A stretch of DNA of 64,000 bases, from NCBI GenBank assembly GCA_964016885.1, contig OZ024749.1, forward strand, positions 47,430,001 to 47,494,000. The letters are read 5' to 3'. The DNA is from Eledone cirrhosa. Taxonomy: Eukaryota. Below, piece by piece: positions 33,186 to 45,421 of the stretch; the first letter of the stretch is position 1; each line of letters opens with the position of its first letter. Both the position numbers and the translations under genes were made by a program. The notes under the pieces are model-generated. The model did not search any database. It was not told the DNA's origin and saw only the letters and a list, made by a program, of their open reading frames with translations.

Positions 33186-34199
33186 TATACATTATGTCAA
33201 CACCAAAATATGACATACACACACACACATAACACCTTATACTTTAGAAAATAAAAACCCGAACTAAATAAACCTTAACATACGTTTGCACTGACAATAC
33301 AACAGCAAACACGAATAAGGAAAATATGTTCATTCAAAAATATTCCTACTAAAGGAATCACATTCCCACACACACACATACACACACACACAATATATAT
33401 ATATATATATATATATATTCTCTTCATCTTAACATGCTAACCATACTCCCACACAGATAAAACCCATACACACACATAACAACCCCCACACCTACAACTC
33501 CCTCCCCATTCTACTAATAGAACCACTTTCCTACACACATATATTTATACACACTCACAAAATATATATTCTCTCCATCTTAACATACTCGCACACACAC
33601 ACATAACACCCATATACACACACACACAACTCCCTCCCCCATCTCTACTAATAGAATCATCTTGCAATACACACATACACACACACACACACACATACAC
33701 ACACACAAGTACACAAATAAACATACATATCTTCACTTCAATAGAAAATCTGAACTCTGACACCCCAGCGAACTAACCATCTTCACTGAACCAGAACAAT
33801 TCTCCCAATCCCTTTTTTCTTGACCACTAACTTTCCATTGTCATAACATTCACTATAAAGACTACAGAATAGTTTTCCAAATAAGGGAGAAAAAATGTAA
33901 TGAAAACTTGTTCACGTGACAGCCAAATTTCATTTATAACCAACCAAAAAAAGCCTTCGTGAGCCTCCTTTTTTCAAGTAAAAAGAAATTCAAACACTCA
34001 TATATGAAAAACACAACCTGTGACACCCCCATCTTATTTGAAGAACTATTGTAACGCGAACTGGCGCGAAATTTATTATAATTATTGACAAACCAACTCG
34101 AAAAACCTGGCATTTCGAGCCACTTTTTCCATATAAAACAAGTAACATTCAGAGACCAACCAGATGTGAGAAAAACCAGAGACCCTCCACCTCAACTCA

Positions 34200-34237
34200 C
34201 CTTTTGAAAAGCAGAAGAACTGCGAAACCAGTAAAGG
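34200..34237 (+). ncRNA. Minimal HHR in the 3' pLTR (U3-A8 core variant)
   Basis: CCTT-TTGAAAA-GCAG aagaa CTGC-GAA-ACCAGT-A-AAGG. Confidence 0.75.
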
Positions 34238-34368
34238 AACCAAATAAATATGTATATTTAAAAAAAAAATAAGACTCCAGTTGCATTTTCGATTTCATCT
34301 CTTTTTCTTTATACTTTCACTCGTGTAGGACACCTCGGTTATTTTTCATTTTGTAAAAAAAACCTCAA

Positions 34369-34429
<61 letters not shown>

Positions 34430-34450
34430 ATATATGATATATATATATGG

Positions 34451-34495
<45 letters not shown>

Positions 34496-34517
34496 GTATA
34501 TATATATATATATATAT

Positions 34518-34566
34518 GTTTCAGAAGATCCCGTTAAGGGTGAAAGCAGCGATTTCTTGCTTAAAC
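34518..34566 (+). ncRNA. HHR motif with one core mutation, in (TA)n
   Basis: GTTT-CAGAAGA-tCCC gttaa GGGt-GAA-AGCA gcgatttct TGCT-T-AAAC. Confidence 0.65.
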
Positions 34567-34594
34567 TTTAATCTATTATTTTAATAAATATATT

Positions 34595-34696
<102 letters not shown>

Positions 34697-34947
34697 ATAT
34701 ATATATCATATATATATGATATATATATATCATATTTAAAATTCTGGAGAGAACAACATAGATGTTAAGATATCGAATGTAAATAGATATTAGTCCATTG
34801 AACATTAAATAGAAGTATATCTAATTCTTTCTTTCGGGGTATCTTACTCTATCTCCTTAATTTATTGACTATCCGAAGAATTATTCTCAGTGTGACGGCT
34901 ACATAACTTCAAAGATATGTGTTTATATACATACATACACGCACACC

Positions 34948-35036
<89 letters not shown>

Positions 35037-36065
35037 GATGCATAGTGGTGTCCTTCTCTTTCATTTTCATACATTTATGAGGATTATGCAACATTAATTC
35101 TGTAATGAGACAGAGATATGTATCAGTCACTTTCATAGGAAGTGTATGTTTGTAAATATATTAATCCCTGAACATTCAAGAGAATTATTGAGAAGCATTA
35201 TCCGTTTATTGTTTGATAAATTAATAGTATTATTCGTCCCTTTATTTTATGACGAGTCTTATATATTTCGTCTCGCACGGAGATTTTAATGCTGACCGAC
35301 GATTTAAATATAATAATAGGTTCCCGTTTAATGTCGCAATATAATATTTCATACATATTAAACATCGTAGAAATAATATGTTATTTCTTCTATCTCTTCT
35401 CCTTCCCTTATAGCTATGAACAAATCATATAAATCAGTGAATATTCCGCTCAAAATAATGCATTAATCAGAGAACACAAATATGCTTTGAAATTGGGCAA
35501 ACTGAATCGTTTTCCCTGTGTCGCTTGTGCCCACAACATGCACACAGGTACGCACACCGCCTTACACATAAACATCTCTATCACACACACTCATTCTTTC
35601 ATGTTATCTCTCTTTCCCACTCTCTCTCACAATCTATCTCCCTCTCTCTCACTCCCTCTCTCTCTCGCTCTATCTCTCTCTATATATATATATCATAAAT
35701 CATGTCCCTAGAATCAAAAATAATTTATATATACTATTTCCTCTCCCAATTAGCATAATTAACCAAACAAAAAATCAATTAGACCAGGCTATAAGAATAA
35801 AGGTTCCTATGAAGAAATATTTGATAAATAACCGAAAGCAGCCTCTTCGTGGTTGACCACAATAGAATATTTACCCAACATTTCAACAGCATGTAGAAAC
35901 TGACAAAATATACGTTCAACCATACACAATTAGGTATACATTTAAAGTTAGAAGAAATGCTTACATACAGTAATTATATCTCCACCATGGTTTCGTTCGT
36001 ATTTTGAGATATCATATATACACAATGATATTAAATAAACCAAAATTATATTTATGAAAACATAT

Positions 36066-36128
36066 ATATTCTATAATCTATATTTCAAGAGTACTAACAT
36101 TTTTATACGCTCTCATCAGATAAAATAC
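36066..36128 (-). ncRNA. HHR in the left arm of an old hairpin element (36050-36325)
   Basis: GTATTTTAT-CTGATGA-gagcgta...tactctt-GAA-ATATAGAT-T-ATAGAATAT. Confidence 0.75.
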
Positions 36129-36249
36129 AAAGTTTGTTCTATAAATATTGACATATCCAGAAATAATCTTAACGGTTCAAGTTTTTCCTGGAAACACTTG
36201 AATCGTTCAGAAAGTCTTCCTGGATATGTCAATATTTATAAACAAATTT

Positions 36250-36312
36250 GTATTTTATCAGATGGGAGGGTACCAGAGTTTTAGTACTCCTGAAATATAT
36301 ATAATAGAATAT
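36250..36312 (+). ncRNA. Degenerate HHR in the right arm of the same hairpin
   Basis: GTATTTTAT-CAGATGG-gagggta...tactcct-GAA-ATATATAT-A-ATAGAATAT. Confidence 0.6.
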
Positions 36313-36360
36313 CGGTTTTCCTATCAATGTATTCTATTGTATCCCGGTGGTCAGCATTCC

Positions 36361-36632
36361 TTAATGCATTATGTAGTATTCAGCGTGTTCACTAAAAATA
36401 TCAGAGTTAGACGATAGGCCAGAGATTCTAAGAGAAATACTCCGGGGAACTGATTTGATCATGGAGAGTGGGTGGTTAGAGTTAAAGTTAATATACGTAA
36501 GGTTCTCATTCACCTTGTGGAAGGGTCGTATCTGTCCGGTATTTAAATATAGAGTTACGTCCAGAAAGTTTACTACTTTAAGATTGTATTCGTATGTTAT
36601 TTTTAGACCCAGTTCACTAAAATATTTTCTAA
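36361..36632 (-). pseudogene. PLE reverse transcriptase C-terminal/thumb fragment (inverted segment)
   Basis: GLKIT...VNFLDVTL...YINFNSNHP...IKSVPRSISLRISGLSS matches PLE RT motifs 6/7 and thumb. Confidence 0.8.
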
Positions 36633-36972
36633 TATTCGTCTGTCTCCTCTCTACCTCTCTCTCTACATCCATTACACTCTCTCTCTCTCGCTTTTGGCCT
36701 ACCTCCACCTCAACATCTATGAACCTGCCCTCTGGGGCAATAAATAATTCCGACCTTAACTATCAACGCATCTCTCCAAAAGTAACCAGTATAATAAAAC
36801 CCCTACCATAACATTTTGATTAAGATATCTACAAACCACTCTCTCCTACTTCTCCAACCCCTGCATATATTTCTCACTCTCTCCCTCTCCCCTACTTTCC
36901 TCTCTTCCTTTTCTACTCTATATTCCCCAACAACCCAACTTAAGGGTATTTACATTGTACATTTTACCATTC

Positions 36973-37084
36973 TGCTCTGAGGATACAGTGGTCACAGCAT
37001 TGGATATTTGAGTTCTGCAAATACTTGTGAATATGCACATAGCATAACTAGGCTGTAGTACCACCGTGGAAACACTTGTAAGCA
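36973..37084 (+). ncRNA. HHR with a long stem II insertion, in a PLE pLTR (36.8-37.28 kb)
   Basis: TGCT-CTGAGGA-tacagtggt...accaccgtg-GAA-ACA CT TGT-A-AGCA. Confidence 0.8.
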
Positions 37085-37290
37085 CACGGAATAAATTACC
37101 TTTTATGATGTCTACCTGTTATTATTCATTCTTTATATACACTCCGCAATACAGAAGGGTCAGGAACTAAGTTTCTCCAACAATTCTTCTATAACTCGTA
37201 GAGTAACCTCTTACCGTACGTCAACCATATCCAGTGTGGTAATTAACCATTACTACAACTTGGATAATCCTATACCTAATATATATATAT

Positions 37291-37599
<309 letters not shown>

Positions 37600-37724
37600 G
37601 GAGGTGAGTTGTATTGTAGTACAATAAAGCAATGCAGATATCGGATAAGAAGCACTCTACAGTTTGTAGGACTGGAGTATACATAATATATAATATCAAA
37701 AGATGGTTGAAGGAGTTCCATATA

Positions 37725-37791
37725 TTTTATTATGCGCATTTCAAAAACAAACGTCATCATGCAATAATATTTGTGTTTTCATCAGATAAAA
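37725..37791 (-). ncRNA. HHR (family B)
   Basis: TTTTAT-CTGATGA-stem II-GAA-ATGCGCAT-A-ATAAAA. Confidence 0.85.
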
Positions 37792-38051
37792 CAGGTGGAC
37801 ATGATATGAAGGCTAAAAAACACTTGTGGATAGTGCAGTTTTAAATCAACATATGAGAAGTCGTTTTAGATTGATGTGTGGTATTGGGAAAAATATTTTA
37901 TTTAGAAAGGGGGGGTGGAAAGGATGAAAAACCCTCTCTAAATGAAATATTTTTCCCAATATCACACATCAATCTAAAACTACTTCTCATATGTTGATTT
38001 AAAACTGCGCTATCCACAAGTGTTTTTTAGCCTTCATATCATGTCCTCCTG

Positions 38052-38118
38052 TTTTATCTGATGAAAACACAAATATTATTGCATGATGATGTTTGTTTTT
38101 GAAATGCGCATAATAAAA
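38052..38118 (+). ncRNA. HHR (family B)
   Basis: TTTTAT-CTGATGA-aaacacaaat...gtttgttttt-GAA-ATGCGCAT-A-ATAAAA. Confidence 0.85.
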
Positions 38119-38152
38119 TACGTGGAACTCCTTTAACCATCTTTTGATCTTA

Positions 38153-38184
<32 letters not shown>

Positions 38185-38591
38185 GAGTGTGTGTATCAAC
38201 ATATATAATATCGCTAACTCCGTCTGCCCGTATGTTCCTGGGTATGTATAAACTCTACGTGTGAAGTATCTTCCTATGACCGTCTCCTATTTTAATCTTT
38301 CCATATTTGCTATATCACTAATCTCGTACCTGCTGACAAATATAAGCCTTAGCATTTAGAAAGTTTGATGATATTAACTTATGAAAATCAATCTTGTGTG
38401 TGACAGCTACTCACTTCTACACATATTTTCCATAACATTGTTTTGTTTGCTAACATCTACCAAGAAATTGAAATTTCGCAAGGCATAAGGATGAATATAT
38501 CTAGAATAGAAATAAACATAGCGTGAGAAAATTGACTTGCATTAAGTAAAGCCCAAAATGTGAAAGATGGAAATACATAGATATCAATAAA

Positions 38592-38647
<56 letters not shown>

Positions 38648-38710
38648 GTGAGAAGAGTAATAAATCAATTACCTGCCAGAATACTAAAGCTTTCATCAAT
38701 CTCCCTCTCC

Positions 38711-38774
<64 letters not shown>

Positions 38775-39121
38775 GTGTGTGTATGTGTGTGTATGTGAGA
38801 GAGTGTATGCGTGTATGTGTGTGCATATGTGTGTGTGTGTATGTGTGTGTGTATGCATGGGTGTGAGTGAGTGTGTGTGTAATATGTAGTAATCTTATTG
38901 GAAATTTACAGAAACACTCTGTTCATAACGAATTGTTATGGTGAGGATATATGCAGGCTAGATTCGTGGCTATGTGATTAAGGCACCATTTTCCGGCACG
39001 GTAATTTCTAAAAGCAAAAAAACATCTATGGGATTTTTAAAATATTACACATTTTAATCATGATTGTCTACGCGGGTAGAACGTTTACTTTGGACGGAAA
39101 ATATACTAATTAATGTGGAGC

Positions 39122-39171
<50 letters not shown>

Positions 39172-39317
39172 CATATACATATAATATATGTTTATGGAAT
39201 GAACTCAACTTAATGCAACCACCCGTCTTCGTTTCTGTAGTTGGTGGCGCGCGTACGGACTTAATTATTACAAAATAACAGGAGGCATGTTCTGGTTAAA
39301 TCATTGAATGGTTTATT

Positions 39318-39375
39318 ATACTATGATCATTTCAATGACCGGGTTCAGTATGAATCCGGTGACATCATCAGATAA
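39318..39375 (-). ncRNA. HHR at the end of a GC-richer island
   Basis: tat-CTGATGA-tgtc accggattca tac tgaacccggt catt-GAA-ATGATCAT-A-gta. Confidence 0.7.
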
Positions 39376-40914
39376 TCCAAAATATAACGAAGGAATATAG
39401 CAGATATAAATCCTGGTTTTTAAATCAGACACAAGAGGCCGACCGGTATTTTAGCAATTTGTATATGCGTCGACCGCCCTCAAGTGCTGATAATTCGGTC
39501 AAGATACTACCTTCTGGTGTGGGGGCGTAAGTCTTTAATGTATTACCACCATCCCGCCAGATGGAAGTGTCAGCGCTGAGGTCACCCGTCAATCAGACTG
39601 GTCAGGCATGCTCGATATTGCTGCGAAATATGTTTTTTCGAGGACAAACACGCATATGGAATATAAAGCGAGAGAGTTTTTTGTGAATGAAAGAGATGTA
39701 GAAAATGACAGAGAGATTAAAACAGAGAGATAGTGTGAGAGAATGAAAAACAGAGAGATTGATAGAGAGAGTGAGAAATAGAGAGTGTGCGTAATTCATA
39801 AGAGAGAACGTGACAAATAACATAAGGAGGTTATTATGAAGAAGTTTTGGTGTGATATACATAGTCACGATAAATTGTCCGGGTGGTATACATAGTAAAA
39901 TTATGCCCGTGCTAGCGGTCAATAACCAGCGATTAATAGGGGTCCCACGATAGCCACCCGAACCCACGTGCCGGTTGTTCCGAGTAGTATCGTATATGGA
40001 AAGAAATAGAAATTAGTTTTTCCGAGCACTCCAGGGATGTAGCTGTGTTAAGCGTCGGTTGTGCCATCGCGGAGCCCCCCTTCGCCGGACTGACCATCGT
40101 ATATACCAAGCTGTTGCTATCATATCACATAGTGTGCGGGTTTAGTTAAGTGCTAGATGGAAGAGGCATGGTACAGTTAAGGTTTATGACTAAGCTTAGA
40201 AAATAAGGGTACTATTTGGCAGTCAATTGCAGCGGCGTGTTGAGTCTCGAGCCCAGCCTAGCCCCGTGACGAAGGGGCGGTTCCGAGTAAATTCGTTTAT
40301 CGACAGAAGGGAAAATTTAATTTTCCAAGCGCTGGAGGAAGGCTAAAACGCCTGATTGGCCCTCGCGCAATCAGGAAATCCACCACATCGGTCCTATCAT
40401 TGCGTGTTACCAGACAATTAATATTTATTCCAACCCGTGTGGTGAGGTTGAGAGTGGTAAAACGTGATGAAATGCGCTTATAGCCTATGTCATATCCCCA
40501 GTTAGTCCAGGTTGAATTAGTGTGGTTATATGGTGGCTATGGAGAATGAATAGGGAAACAAGTATAAGGTTACATAGAGATCACCGTGGTAGTTATGTAC
40601 TAGCAATAAAGCGACTAAGTAGATACATAAGTAAAAGGTATAACACGCAAAATCCAACATAAAAATTAAAACTCCGAATGCCTAAATAAATAAACAATAA
40701 CAATACATAAACAAAAAAAATGCAGTCATAACCAGGGTTGTGATGCATGGAGTGAAACTGAAGTACAGAGAACATATCGAGGAAATCAAAACACAGGGTA
40801 ACTATAAGCACATGGGAAATATAAACACGGAGGAAATATAAGAAATATCGAGGGGCATTCGGATAATACAGGGTTATATATATATTGGCAACCATACCCT
40901 CCAAAAGCATAACA

Positions 40915-41070
<156 letters not shown>

Positions 41071-41169
41071 TTGAGGTTGGTAATGGCACATGGAATATAT
41101 AAGAGACAGAATACTTTTTTGTGAAAAAACATATAATTTTATAAGGTAAGGAAATAATAAAGTGTATAA

Positions 41170-41217
41170 AAAATGACCGGTTTCGATGGGTCTGCAAAAG
41201 CCATCTTTTCAAATGTT
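41170..41217 (-). ncRNA. HHR with U3-A8 core variant
   Basis: aacat-TTGAAAA-GATGG cttttgcagac CCATC-GAA-ACCGGT-C-atttt. Confidence 0.7.
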
Positions 41218-41633
41218 GATTAATATTAAGAAAAATTAATAATAAGAAGAGTTAACATTTCGGATTTGAAAATTCAAGTATAGAATTCATTGTGGGATTT
41301 CATAGTAGTTTTCATCTGGGTAGCAACTCGTTGACTGTTTTTTTATGTTTTTTTTATTAAAGAATATAATTTCTCATATATTGCATAGGTAATCCCTGTG
41401 TCTTTGCTACGCTTCATCAACCTTAGCTTCAACATAAATAATAACTATGCGCTGTGGCCTCACGAAATATAAGTGATTGGGATGTTTGAAAATGATTAGT
41501 TTCATTCATATTTTGTTGTGCAACTTTAAATGTGTTGCCTTGTTAATCATTGAGGCACATAATTATTAAATATTTCAGAGCTTATACATACATTTGATTC
41601 TTTTATATTATTTGCATTATTATTATTTATCGC

Positions 41634-41943
41634 ATTGGCAGTATCGGTAGAGGGTCAGACGCCATGCTTTGACGTATAGAGTTACGGCCCTTTATGATCT
41701 GAGTTTAAATTCCACTGAGGTTAACTCTGAATTTCATCCTTACGGGATCGATAAAATAAAGTACTAGACACACACTAGGGTCGATTTAATCGACTATCCT
41801 TCCCCCAAAATTGATGCCCTTGAGCCTATATAAGAAATATCATGGTTGACTTTGCCTTTCATCCTTACAGGGTCGATAAAATAAAGTACCAGTAATGCAC
41901 TGGGTAATTGCTGGCCTTGTGCCTAAACTAGAAACAATTATTT
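41634..41943 (+). mobile_element. Nin-domain SINE plus an adjacent 3' partial copy
   Basis: The SINE consensus occurs twice (two gataaaataaagtac cores). Confidence 0.85.
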
Positions 41944-42528
41944 ATTGCAATAAACGCTGTGCTTGGCTGAGGCGTTAGAATGTTCGACAAACAGTTGTCT
42001 GAAATTCATTCAATGTGAACCATGCCTTCCACCATTTCATGATCAATGATAAAAAGGACTTCTCATAAAACTTTGGCCGCTATAACTTTCCTCCCACTCC
42101 TCAAATATTCAGTACGATGATATGATTTGAAAATAGAGAAACGTTTTTTATTCATAACATCCAGGCCGAGTAAGAATTATAAAGATCTATAATGTTTACA
42201 GCGTCAAGATCTAAATGTTTAAGATCGTATTGTTTATCACGATCGATACCTTATTATTTACTCAAATAGTTTATCCAGTCTGGAAACTTACGTTTTCATT
42301 ATTGATCTATCACTCAAGTAATGTTTGATAATGTTGGTCAGATACAATCGATTGACCACTCATCTATTAAAATATTACTTTTTGTGAAGTGATACTAATA
42401 AACGGTCTAGAAATAAACATCAAATGTGAAATAAGATCGCAGAGAAAGGAGACCATTTTAAGGTATCGATAACTGACGTTAACAATTAAGGCGATGGACA
42501 ATTATGTATTATTTTGTATGAGTGTCTG

Positions 42529-42531
<3 letters not shown>

Positions 42532-42589
<58 letters not shown>
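42532..42589. repeat. (AG)n microsatellite
   Basis: Direct reading. Confidence 0.95.
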
Positions 42590-42593
<4 letters not shown>

Positions 42594-43642
42594 TGGAGAG
42601 AGAGAGGAGGGACAGAGAGAGAAAGTGAGATATATGGTGGGGGCGGAGTGTGTGTGCTTGTCTGTATGTATGTGGGAGATGAGGAAAATGTAAGAAAGTA
42701 TACAAATCTGTGATATTTGGATAGAATTTGTGATGCAAATATGTTAGCTTTATCTATTGTGCAGATAAATTAACTAACCTGCAGCCAGTATTAATAACAG
42801 AATCGAACCTAAACTATCGTGTTCCTTATATATATAGATATAAATATTGTATTTTGTTCTCATCTATGAGATGCCATAAAATAGCTTATGGTATATGGGG
42901 TGTACCGTGAATGATGGAAATGGAGTATATATGTGTATGTGTGGGTGTGTTGTCTGTTTGCCTGCGTCTGTGTATATAGGTTAAAAGGGTTGATATATGT
43001 TACTCTAATTTTAATAAAATGAGCATCAAAATATCTATTTAACGAGCTTTTGTATATTTTCTTTGGTATATACGTTCTGCAATATAGACCTGCTTTGTAA
43101 TTTACTATCAATAAATATTATGTAAAGGTATTCACGTCATGCTGTTTGTAGTACTGTCTTAAAATAAATGAATATAACTGTTACATGTAAAATAATTTAT
43201 AAAATATAAAAATAATGATATATGACAAATACTTCGGTAAACATGAAAGAAACGTTGGCTATGAGTATATATCATATGAAATATATGATTTAGATTTCTG
43301 AAATATGAAATTGGAATCAATCATTCGTAATAATTACACTGCAAATATTATTTAAAACCTAGAATTTCATAACTTTTTTGAAGTGGATTTTATATAAATT
43401 TCATTGTTTCCTTTTGCAGAGAAAGTCATCTAAATAATCTCGCATACATTTATGGATTATAATATTGTCCATACATTTATTTTAAAATATCTCACATGTT
43501 TCCTTAGGAATACCTATGTTATATATCCACCATTGAATACAATTTATAAGGTATATCCTTTTATATCGAAATCGCATCAGCGATTTAATATTAAAGGTTA
43601 AATCTTCATGTTCAACTGGTATTAAGGTCTTGTTTATCCTAA

Positions 43643-43830
43643 TGGGTGAATTGGCAGTATCGGTAGAGGGTTGGACGCCATGTTTTCTAGCATAGTTACG
43701 CCCCTTTACAGTCTGAGTTCAAATCCCGCCGAGGTTAACTTTGCCTTTCATCCTTACGGGGTCGACAAAATAAAGTACCAGTAATGTACTAGGTAATTGC
43801 TTGTCTTGTGCCTAACGTAGAAACAATTAT
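43643..43830 (+). mobile_element. Nin-domain tRNA-SINE
   Basis: ttggcagtatcggtagagg...gagttcaaatcccgcc...gcctttcatccttacggggtcga...gtagaaacaatta. Confidence 0.9.
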
Positions 43831-44206
43831 ATATAGTAATCATTTAACAGCATATAATAACATGTTTCCAAAAGAAGAGAGCTAGTTTTCAATTCGATTA
43901 TTTCTCTTATAAGTCACAAAATGAATTGATTTGACAAATTAATACATTTCAAATGTGAACATATAGCGATGTATAGTATCACTTTATCACGATATTTTGA
44001 CATATAGTCTACATTTAATCCAACGCAACGCAATGACTGTTCTTTGAAATATTACGTTGTACTAATACATAACACGTTTTCTACTCGAATGAAATATGAA
44101 CCGGTTACAGTATATATTATTATTATTCATGAAAAAATGAAGCAATAAGTATCACATAGAATATGACACAAAACAGAAAGTTTTACCGAAAAGGATTACC
44201 GAAGAT

Positions 44207-44634
44207 GTAGTAATGGTTAATTACTACACTGGATATGGTTGACGTACGGTGAGAGGTTACTCTACGAGTTATGGAAGAATTGTTGAAGAAACTGAGTTCC
44301 TGATCCTTCTGTATTCCGGAGTGTATATAAAGAATGAATAATAACAGGTAGACATCATAAAAATAAATTTATTCCGTGTGCTTACAAATGTTTCCACGGT
44401 GGTACTACAGCCTAATTATGCTATGTGCAAATTCACAAGTATTTGCAGAACTCAAATATCCAATGCTGTGACCACTGTATCCTGGAGACAGTTGTCACAA
44501 CATTGGATATGTGAGTTCTGCAAATACTTGTAAATTTGCACAGAGCATAACTAGGCTGTAGTACCACCGTGGAAACATTTGTAAGCACACGGAATAAATT
44601 ACCTTTTTATGATGTCTACCTGTTATTATTCATT

Positions 44635-44640
<6 letters not shown>
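44207..44640. mobile_element. Asymmetric hairpin derived from the 36.97-37.26 kb pLTR (both HHRs truncated at the 5' core)
   Basis: 44207-44484 is the reverse complement of 36980-37255; 44493-44640 is a direct copy ending in (TA)n. Confidence 0.9.
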
Positions 44641-44692
<52 letters not shown>

Positions 44693-44704
44693 AGAGGGAG
44701 ATAG

Positions 44705-45080
44705 AAAAATGCGATGTAGTCACAGATGTTAAATTCCTTTATTGATATGGCTGTGATACATAATTCAATGACGATACTGTCCACGCGATTCCGACTAACC
44801 GGTTACAAGATCTCATGAGACAGCTTCTTACATAATAAGGTTATGTTCTCGGGGCAATCGCAGAGTACGGGCGAAGGCTTCAAAAACATAAACTTTGTCC
44901 GTTCCCTAGTCGCTTTAATTTTGGATATACTGGAGAACGTATCCTGATTATGTAATAAGCTGTCTGATGAGATCATGGCACTGGTTAGGCGGAATTGAGT
45001 GGCCACTGTCGTCATTGAAATGTGTATCACAACCTTAGCAATAGAAAAAACTTTAAAATCTGAAACTACTTTCCATTTTC
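44705..45080. mobile_element. Old diverged hairpin element with two HHR motifs
   Basis: Arms 44712-44850 and 44933-45072 are imperfectly inverted. Confidence 0.8.
44959..45033 (+). ncRNA. HHR (right arm; degenerate partner at 44750-44824, minus strand)
   Basis: GCTGT-CTGATGA-gat...att-GAA-ATGTGTAT-C-ACAAC; the other arm has ACAGC. Confidence 0.7.
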
Positions 45081-45287
45081 TTATTCTATATAGACATATA
45101 TATTTAGAATAAATATACATATATATATAGTTTATTGGTGATACCAATAAACTATGCTGACCTAACTCGACCTTGATGTCTCGATGATGAATTCCGTTTT
45201 CTTTCAACAAATGAGCTCCACCCATCTCCCCACCCTCTCCTACCACCTGAAAGATATAAATACCACTACATTTATTTTGGGAAAGCC

Positions 45288-45338
45288 AGATTCCTGATTA
45301 TTTCTAAAGAAATAAACAGTTCTAGTCCTGTAGAATCT
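45288..45338 (+). ncRNA. Mutated copy of the 12725 HHR
   Basis: AGATTC-CTGATtA-TTTCT aa AGAAA-tAAACAG...CTGTA-GAATCT, followed by (TA)n. Confidence 0.7.
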
Positions 45339-45350
45339 CATCTATATTAA

Positions 45351-45421
<71 letters not shown>

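Larger units (their letters stand above)
29357..34376 (+). mobile_element. Near full-length Penelope-like retroelement (Neptune-like) in (TA)n
   Basis: RT and GIY-YIG coding segments. 5' inverted pLTR (29357-29625, reverse complement of about 34055-34312), a 5' direct partial repeat (29627-29730 = 34277-34376) and a 3' pLTR. TA tracts on both sides. Confidence 0.95.

Noticed and set aside
43643-43830. tRNA gene suggested by A/B boxes
   Set aside because: No cloverleaf; this is a dispersed SINE head.
45162-45246. Minus-strand exon-like segment with a kinase-like HHRDIK
   Set aside because: No other kinase motifs are present; it lies between two HHR elements and resembles C-rich PLE 3' sequence. 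It cannot be excluded without RNA data.
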